DNA from: Octopus vulgaris
Taxonomy: Eukaryota
NCBI GenBank assembly: GCA_951406725.2
Contig: OX597816.1
Coordinates: forward strand, 154,628,001-154,692,000
Reading direction: 5' to 3'
DNA length: 64,000 bases
Under the pieces are notes generated by a model. The model saw only the letters and a list, made by a program, of their open reading frames with translations, was not told where the DNA came from and made no database searches. The position numbers and the translations under genes are program-made. Shown here piece by piece: positions 55,009 to 64,000 of this stretch (position 1 is the first letter of the stretch; each line of letters begins with the position of its first letter).

Positions 55009-55596
55009 GTCTAACGTATATCAGCGAACCTGTAAATAGAAACCACAGTGATTGTGACGATGATGATGATGATGAGAATTGGGTAGGTGGGAATGGTGGC
55101 GATCATGATTATAATCTTGATTATCATGATTATGTTGAGCATAACCATCATGTCGGTCGTGAGGATATACTCATATTCAAGTACTTCCCATGTATATTTG
55201 GCCTGATTCTTTTCCAGATGTTGAGCTATGCCGTCTCCCACCAGGTAAGAGTAGAGACTTTGCCAGGACTACGACATGTTTTGTTGTCGCCGCCATATTT
55301 TTTGTCATACTGAAATAGTTACGCATTTATATTTCACATATAAGAATAATGACGATGATGGTAATAATAATAATAATACTTTCTACTATAGGCATAAAAC
55401 CTGAAGTTTTGTGGGAAGGGGGACAATCAATCACATGGACCCCAGTATTTGACTGGTACTTAATTTATCGACCCCGAAAGGATGAACGGCAAAGTCGACC
55501 TCGGCGGAATTTGAATTCAGAACGTAGCGACAGACGAAATACCGCTAAGCATTTCGCCCGGCGTACTAACGATTCTACCAGTTCACCGTCTTCGAG

Positions 55597-55642
<46 letters not shown>

Positions 55643-55645
<3 letters not shown>

Positions 55646-56538
55646 TACACTTTTATAGATGATATAAAACTTTATGCGAAAAATGATAAGCGTACTGCTC
55701 GCATTTTCCCAAATGAGGAAGGTTTGAAATTTAGGATTGAAAAGTGCGCTATATTGAAAATGAAACGATGAAGATTTGAAGGAAGCCTGGGAATTGAAAT
55801 GCCAATTGGGCATACAGTGAAAGTGGTTGAGAAAGGACAGTGGTTTAAGTAATTTGAGTTATTGGAAGCAGATGAAATAAAATATGCAGAGATAAAACAA
55901 ATTATCAGTAGGAGTAATTGTAGATTGGACCAAAAAGACACACGAAGACTTGTCAGAAAAACTAGAGAGCTATTGACAATGTATGAAACCCACTATCCGA
56001 AAGCTGATATTAACTGGTTGTACATGAAAACAGACCAGGCTGGAGGAGGCTTGAATTGCTGTGGAAGAGTGTGTACAGATGGAAAGAAAAAGCCTACAAA
56101 AATATTTACAGAACAGCACAGAGAAATTACTAAAGACAATGAATAAAGAACAGGTGATAAAGTGTAAAATAAGAGAAAAGGACAAGAATGAAATTCAAAG
56201 AGAGCTTGCTTAACAGAGTGAAGAGAAACCTTTGCATGGTCAGTTCTGGAATGCCACTGAGGATGTATGTGGAACAAAATCTTGGGCCTGGTTAAAAAAG
56301 GGGCTATTAAAAAAAGAAACAAATAGCCTTATTATAACAGCTCAAGATCAAGCGATGAAAACAAACAACTTGAGAAAATATCTGTATGGGGAGAAAGTGT
56401 GAGAAAAATGTAGTGTTTGTGGAATTTGGAATGATACGGTAGCACAGATTGTTGCAGAATGTCTTAAGTTGACCAATGCAATATATAAGAAATGGAGGCA
56501 TGACCATGTGAAAGTTTTACACTGGAAGAATAATTATG

Positions 56539-56592
<54 letters not shown>

Positions 56593-56865
56593 TCTACTAT
56601 AGGCATAAGGCCTGAGTTTTTGAGGGAAGGGGGACAATCGATCATATCGAACCCAGTACTTGGCTGGTACTTAATTTATCGACCCTGAAAGGATGAAAGG
56701 CAAAGTCTACTTCCTCATCCATAGGAACTTCGACGGTAGGAACTTCTTCTTTTTGTCAGAAGTAGATATTTGAAGCTGGAGGTACATGGTATAATCACCG
56801 GGTCGAAAGAGTGTTGGAGTCGGAGAAATGCAAAATCTTTTGGGATTTTCCTATTGAAACGGGGA
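55643..56865 (+). mobile_element. R4/Dong-like LINE fragment, interrupted at ~56535-56755
   Basis: Starts at (AAT)n. Motifs FIDDIKLYAK, GLKFRIEKCA, HYPKADINWLY, LHGQFW, AQDQA, WRHDHV, then WYNHRVERVLESEKCKIFWDFPI. Confidence 0.85.
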
Positions 56866-57864
56866 AGCTTCTGACAACGCAGAAAGTTTCACAAAACCTT
56901 TATATTTCAGGCGCAAAGGCCCGTCTTCAAAAGAAAACCCATAGAAACACAAAATCCAAAATATAAACGAAAATATCCTGCGTTCCTTTGTAGATAAAAT
57001 GGCGTCATCAAATTTCCCTTTCATAACTGGGAAAAGGAAAAAGAAAGAAAAACGGAAAAAAAATAGGCAAAAGAATACTTAGTGGAACAGTTTTGCGTAA
57101 ATGTGATGAAATTCACCTGTCATTTTATTCATTCCTCCAGTGCGTGATGTTTGTAATTCACAAATATATTTGTCATCATGCATTTTGAGGATTGAAAGTG
57201 TAGTAGTCAGACTATTTTCTGAGAATATGTACCTTCAGATGTTCCTTAAAATTGCAGCCGTTTGATGTGTCTAGAGTAGAAAACCCTTTGTGCCCGACGT
57301 TACACCTATACCCGTTGAATCTTTTATTTAACTGTTAGTTTGTGCAACCAACATAAATCATGTTGTGTTTGATGCATTCTGCTGCATATACCAAATGGGT
57401 ATCTTTATACATAATGAAGACAGTCAAATCCCTGCATGGTCATGAACCAATACTCTGGTTACAATTCCTTAATGACGTCTTATGTTGCAGGCGCCATTCT
57501 TATATCTCCATACAGAAAACATGAATTGTGACCCCCTGAACCCCCTCCCCCCAAAAAAAAACCCCAGACAAGCAAACTATATCTGTCTTAATAAGAAATA
57601 AATTGCATTAGTTTGAGAATATTTTTGCTGATAAAGTAATCTAATGTTTTGTATAAATCCTTCGTTCACATTTCTTAAATCCAACAGTTTGTTACTTCGA
57701 TATGCAATAGTAGTAGTAGTAGTAGTAGGAATGTTGTTCTTGATGATGATGATGATGATGATGAAATTTTCTTGGTTTCGTACAAGGGTACTGAAGAAGG
57801 GACATTCCGAATGCAAAAAGAAAAAAAGAAAGAACTCCAACAAAAATAAGTGTTACTTTAAGTG

Positions 57865-57934
<70 letters not shown>

Positions 57935-58259
57935 GTATTAAAAAAATCAGACTATAAAACAATTATAGTTTGATAAATATAAGAGATACATATCGCTTAA
58001 TAAGAAATAAATTGCATTAGTTTGAGAATATTTTTGCTGATAAATACGGGACGTAACTCCTTTTATAGCTAAGCCATTCTTATCTCAAAATTATTATTCA
58101 TCATAGTTTTCCTCGTTTAATATAATGTTCAAACCGATTTATGTATATTAATACACACATACAATCTTTATAATCATTTATACACTACACTAGGATATTG
58201 ATTTCAAACAATGAGATATAAAAAACATATTTCTGGTAAGAAAAGGTTTGGGGGTGATT

Positions 58260-58294
<35 letters not shown>

Positions 58295-59530
58295 TATTCA
58301 GTTTCCTCCTACATAGACAATAAAAACAAAGTTGATCCCAACATAAATTTATCCTAACATAAAACTGATGTATGCAACAACTGTTGTCAAGTTGGTGTAA
58401 TTCGTAGAAATAAGACACTCAACTTCGCTAGAAGATGAATTTCTGTATTAATTTACTCGAGTTCCTATGGGTGTTTTAAACGGTGTATTAGTATTTCAGC
58501 GAGTTATTAATTAAAACAACCTCAAATGTACCTATTAAAAGCATTTGGATGATAGGTACCTCTTTTCATTTTTAGTTTTAACTGTAAGAAAATCAGATCA
58601 CGATATCACACTTTCGAATTTGTTTGAAGCTTTCGAACAATAATGTGACCCTAAACAAAACTAAATAGTAATATAATCTAACATTAAGGCGGCGAGCTGG
58701 TAGAATCGTTAGCATACCAGGCAAAATGATTAGCGGCATTTCGTCCATCCTTACGTTCTGATTTCAAATTCTGCTGAATCGACTTTGCCTTTCATCCTTT
58801 CGGGGTTGACAAATTAAGCACCAGCGAAACACTGATTTCGATATAATCGACTTATCCACTTCCTAGAAATAGCTGGCCTTGAGCCAAAATTTGAAACCAA
58901 TATAATCAAACAACAATTAACTTATATCATCTAACTTCACGTAGAGAATTGCAACGCTTGCTTAGGTTTGTCGCCTACTTTGTCAGAGTATCTTTTTTTA
59001 CATTTCGAAAATAAGGCCTCCAGTCACTGCACGCTTCCCTCTACCTGATGAGGTTATGAGATGTAACAATTCTGTGGAAAATGATATTAAACAGAAACCT
59101 GTGGCTGCTATCGATAGTGATTTGCCTTTTACTGTTGAAAGAGAAACTACTCAAGTAACATTTTCACTTGATGTTAGATCTGTGGCATTCTTATTAAGGT
59201 CATTGAATACGTCTGTTGAAAAACTCCACATTCCAAAAAATTAGGTACTCAGTCATACATATGGTGAGAAAATGGAAATATTTCCTCACGAAAAGTTTGT
59301 AATTTAGTAACAGATCAAGAGTCCTTTTTATTTATGGTTGACAATAAAAACTGATGGACTTCGAGCACAAAGCTGATGACATTCTATACTGGAGAACCGA
59401 AGTTTCCTCTTTCTCATTCATTATAAACTATTGACCTGACTTTTTCAGCGGATCATGTCTTGACTACGGCTACTATATGAGATATATTATATATCTCGTG
59501 GATTTAGAATTAATACGCAGCTAATATACA

Positions 59531-60223
59531 CCGTATATACTCGTGTAAAAGTCGAATATTTTAGACTACTTTTTATGGAGTCGACTGTTACATGGATACT
59601 ACTTTTGAGGAGCTGAAATTCAAGCTAGAATCCGAAGTACCGTATCAGCAGCAGAAGCCCAGCTGATCACTAAAAACGTAATGAATTACAGTAATATTAT
59701 CAATTCTATGCATCAAAACACACACCCTAGTAAATATAAAGGTCTAGCTAATAACCGAATATTTTTAGGCTTACCAAAGCCATACCTTTGTACGAATTTA
59801 GACTGGGGTTTGCCAGAGTTCGCCAATGATGCTGCTCGTGAAATACGTTTCTCACAATGTAAACATGTGTTTATTGTGTTTGAAGATGTATGCAGGCTTG
59901 CAGTATATCCTGTGCATACAATTTAGTAATGGTGGTGTAGCACCCATCAACAGATGTGTAGTGCTCGCTATTAAATGGTGTTTTACTATAAGCATCGAGC
60001 ATTCCATTATAAGCCCCAAACATTCCGCCTATAGGGCAGGCTACAGTAAGGTAGCCAAACAATTTTGTAACAGTGTTATTTCTACGTACCTTGACACCCA
60101 AATGTGGTTCGTAAAATACTAGGATCAACTTTTATATGGGATCTATGAAAATTTCCCAAGTTTTTGGCCCAAAATAGGGGGTCGACTTTTACACGAGATC
60201 GACTATTACTCGAGTATATACGG
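59531..60223. mobile_element. Non-autonomous Tc1/mariner-pogo-type element
   Basis: TIRs CCGTATATACTCG(T/A)GTAA(A/T)AGTCGA; TA after the right end. Confidence 0.75.
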
Positions 60224-60311
60224 TAATTCTTTAGTTCACCTTGATGCGAAGAATGATTAACGTGTTCTGCTGAAAGTGTACATTTTGCTGAATGTATCTG
60301 CAACAACTGCC

Positions 60312-60590
60312 ATGTACATTATTTACATTATTTACATAATTTGCATTTGACGGATATTTGTCCTCATCTTGTTGATTGTTAACACAACGTTTCGGCTGAT
60401 ATACCCTCAAGCCGGGTTAGTAACCCGCGCTCTTAACCACTACGCCATATGCCCCTAGGCATATGGCATAGTGGGTTAAGAGCGCGGGTTACTAACCCCA
60501 AGATTCTGAGTTCGATTCCGGGCAGTGACCTGAATAATAATAATAATGATAATAATAATAATAGTAATAATAATAATAATAATAGTAGTA

Positions 60591-60640
<50 letters not shown>
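60312..60640. mobile_element. Inverted Penelope-like fragment pair with tRNA-like segment
   Basis: 60312-60413 matches the 2257-2338 arm. There is a head-to-head inversion centred near 60455 of ggcatatggcgtagtggttaagagcgcggg, followed by gttcgattcc and (AAT)n. Confidence 0.75.
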
Positions 60641-60641
<1 letters not shown>

Positions 60642-61065
60642 TAAATGGACGGAATAAGATCGAAGCTATCAACATCTGGGCGATTTCACTCCTTAGATAT
60701 AGAGCAGAGGTAATCGCATGGACAGTAGACGAACTAAACAGCTTAGACAGAAAGACAAGGAAGTTGCTAACTAGATATGAGTCACTCCACCCAAAAAGTG
60801 ACACAGACAGACTGTATGTACCAAGAAAGAGGGGAAAGAGGACTTACTGGATGCGAACACAGCATTAGAGCAGAAGAAAACAACATAGCATGGTATGTAA
60901 AAAATTCCACGGAACCGCTATTAATAGAAGTAGGGAGGTCAGGCTTGTGTAGGATGAAAGATTGCAAAGATAAAGCACTATACAAGAAATTGAAAACGAT
61001 GGAAACTGAAAATAGGTGGGTAAAGAAAAGAACGCATGGTCAATTTCATATGGATGTTGAAATAG
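60641..61065 (+). mobile_element. R4/Dong-like LINE fragment in (AAT)n
   Basis: NGRNKIEAINIWAISLLRY...LDRKTRKLLT...LHPKSDTDRLYVPRK...THGQF. Confidence 0.88.
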
Positions 61066-61536
61066 ATGCTCGTTTCGTACAAGTTAATTAACAAGCAGTC
61101 TGGAGCATTTCATAAGCTTCTGTAGCGTTTTTACCCAGTTTAACAAAACCTTTATTGCATAACGAGCTTTCAAATTATCTTCACGTCCCGATTGCACCCC
61201 TGCAAACTGGCCAGCTGCGACAAGCAGCGTATAGTAGTGTGTGTTCAAAATTCCGTCACAAGCTGTTTCCTTCGATCTGCAATAGCAAACGTTGGTAGGT
61301 CAGCTTATAAAATGTATAGTAATGATATACTAAAATTACAATAAGCAAGGGCAGTTATAACTGCCTCTGCTAAAGAAGTCTCAGACCTTGTGGAATGCAC
61401 CTTGTATTTATCTCGTTATGTCCATAATTCAGAATTTCAATTGCTCCTAGAACACAGAGGGTTTGTAGAGGCCCATGACAGGCTCGTAAATGGCAGTGAA
61501 TACACGGTTTTTCAGGTGATCACATCCCTGTAGATG

Positions 61537-61616
61537 TGTCAAACTTTGAGTAAGCTAAAGTTACTGTCACATCCCTGTAGATGTGACAGTAACTTTAGCT
61601 TACTCAAAGTTTGACA
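61537..61616. repeat. Perfect 37-bp-arm palindrome with 6-nt loop
   Basis: tgtcaaactttgagtaagctaaagttactgtcacatc-cctgta-gatgtgacagtaactttagcttactcaaagtttgaca. Confidence 0.95.
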
Positions 61617-62931
61617 AATCTTTCTGAGTTCTGAAAGATATCTTTTGTAGGTCTTTATTGAACTATTGAATTTCCTCAAGTATAATTAGTTAATTTTTAT
61701 AGCACTTACCGTTTATATTAGATGATTTGTCGGTCCAGGACAATTACCACAGCTTACGGTAACGTTCAAAGCAACATATCCAAGTTAAGTCGGATGTGTT
61801 ACTTTTGTACTTTTGTTATGTTTTTCTTACTACCTCAAGTCAGCATAGGTGAAGCAGACCAATGATTAGAAGTGGTGTTCCATTCTTTATTTGGAATGGC
61901 CAGTTTAACTGAAGCAGTAAATAGGGCGCCTGTGGTTAAAAAACGTGACATAGACCAAATTCGTTTGACACTCGCTGGAACATGTTTACATCCATAGATT
62001 TTTACCATAATGTGAAGAATCCCGAGTGTGTAGCACATCATAAATCAACAAGAATGTGTAAGCAAGCATCTAAACTTTTTAATTCTATTTTTGATAAGTT
62101 GTGATCTGATTGGTTGCATTATATAATTTCATATAATTAATAACGAATGCCAAATTCATATAATTAACAACGAATGTCTGCTTATAGCTGCGATTTTTAA
62201 TCTCTTAGACTTCATGGCACAGAAAAGGTTAAATGAAAAAGATTATAGGCTCCCTTAAATTAAATAAAGAAGCTAGAACCTGATTTTGCATGGTGAGTTA
62301 AACAAATCTAAATTTTAGATTAAATTAAAATCATGAAAAATTATTACTTTGTTCTATTGATTACAATTGTAATAAAAAGTATGAATGACAGCTTTCAAAT
62401 GGCTGAAGAATTCATATGGATTTTTTGCAGTTTTAGATTATATTTTATAAAAATTCACGGCACATGCAGACACCACTTATAGAGCATCAGTGCACTGCAA
62501 AATTTCAGGAATGACGACACTTTGCTAAACCTGGCAATCTTCACATAGCGAATATCCTGCCTACTTTTTTTAATTGATAGCAAAATCAGTTGGATGTTAT
62601 TGACTAGATATGGTATGTATGATTATGGTTTTTGTACGACGTACGAATTTAGCTTTTGGCTAATCTGAAAGTGAGTTGATAATGCAATCATACTCAGTCG
62701 ACGACAGAAAGTTAGAGTTGATCTTTCCAACATTGTGATGCTGCGTTACTTGTTTCACGGGCTGACCCTTACTGTTAATGGACGATCTGTTCTAGAAACA
62801 AAGTTTTGGCAGTGGCATACATACATACATACATACATACTTGCATACATACACGTACACACAAGCACACACACACATATATATGCATGTATGCATATGT
62901 ACGTATATATATATATATATATATATGCATA

Positions 62932-63147
62932 CAAGGGGATGCTGAAAAGTTCCTGGCTTAGGGTAAAAGTAGATATAGAAAGATAAGTTAATTATAAATT
63001 TATTTAACATATTCCCCTCTTAGATTCACACACTTATTGCAGTGGTCCTTCAGGTTTTCTAAGCCCTATAAAAGAACTCGGAAGGTTGGACCACCAACCA
63101 CGCCTTTCTCAATACTCTTAAAGCCAGGAACTTTTCATAACTTCTCA
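62932..63147. mobile_element. Mariner-type MITE
   Basis: Inverted termini sharing tgaaaagttcctggctt / aagccaggaacttttca, flanked by TA. Confidence 0.7.
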
Positions 63148-63356
63148 TATGTTTATATATATATATATTATTGTTTTACTTTTCAGAGCGCTCGGTCTTG
63201 TCTGCTATGGTTTATTCTGTGAGAGCGGACAGCAGGCTGTTGTTAGAGGTCTCACATTGTAAGCTTTGATAATTGGCTGTTAATTATCGTGGAAGACATT
63301 CAGAACCCAAGTACTAATCACAAGATCCTAGCTGTTCCTAATGACTATAAATATAC

Positions 63357-63404
<48 letters not shown>

Positions 63405-63406
<2 letters not shown>

Positions 63407-63606
63407 TCTTTTACTTGTTTCAGTCATTTGACTGCGGCCATGCTGGAGCACCGCCTTTAGTCGAGAAAATCGACTCCGGGACTTATTCTTTGTAAGCTCA
63501 GTACTTATTTTATCGGTCTCTTTTGCCGAACCGCTAAGTGACGGGGACGTAAACACACTAGCATCGGTTGTCAAGCAATGCTAGGGGGACAAACATGTAC
63601 ACACAT

Positions 63607-63679
<73 letters not shown>

Positions 63680-63831
63680 TACGACAGGCTTCTTTCAGTT
63701 TCCGTCTATCAAATCCACTCACAAGGCATTGGTCAGCCCGAGGCTATAGCAGAAGACACTTGCCCAAGATGCCACGCAGTGGGACTGAACCCAGAACCAT
63801 GTGGGTGGTTAGCAAGCTACTTACCACACAG

Positions 63832-63835
<4 letters not shown>
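63405..63835 (-). mobile_element. Full-length SINE family 1 with internal (CA)/(TA) microsatellite
   Basis: tRNA-like head, ttgggcaagtgtcttc segment, internal microsatellite, tail matching 1-152. Confidence 0.85.
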
Positions 63836-63880
<45 letters not shown>

Positions 63881-64000
63881 AAGATAAAAGAATGGAGAAT
63901 TATTCTTTATTTAAACAGCTTATGCAAGTTTCGTTTGGAGTGGCAAATCAAAAATTCTACGAAACAGTAATCAAGCACATTAATCGGTCCCATATTTGAT

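Noticed and set aside
60457-60532. Functional tRNA gene
   Set aside because: It has A/B boxes and an anticodon-like arm but no clear acceptor stem pairing, and it is embedded in a repeated element. Treated as tRNA-derived.

Overview
AT-rich, microsatellite- and transposon-dense animal genomic DNA. The SINE and simple-repeat repertoire suggests an octopus or other cephalopod, which is an inference and was not checked. One complete protein-coding gene can be assembled by hand on the minus strand: a DEG/ENaC (ASIC/BASIC/HyNaC-like) ion channel with 10 coding exons (13696..55008). All introns are GT-AG with consistent phases, giving 2772 nt and 923 aa. Its most unusual property is one 1516-nt exon that places about 455 extra, helix-like, heavily N-glycosylatable residues in the normally tiny extracellular knuckle region. 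The rest of the window is mobile DNA: two Chapaev3-like elements, a mariner, a pogo-like element, maT-like fragments, MITEs, R4/Dong-like LINE fragments in (AAT)n arrays, an L1/Tx1-like fragment and two tRNA-headed SINE families. It also contains inverted Penelope-like insertions carrying minimal type I hammerhead ribozyme motifs and a tRNA-like segment, plus several local inverted or templated duplications.
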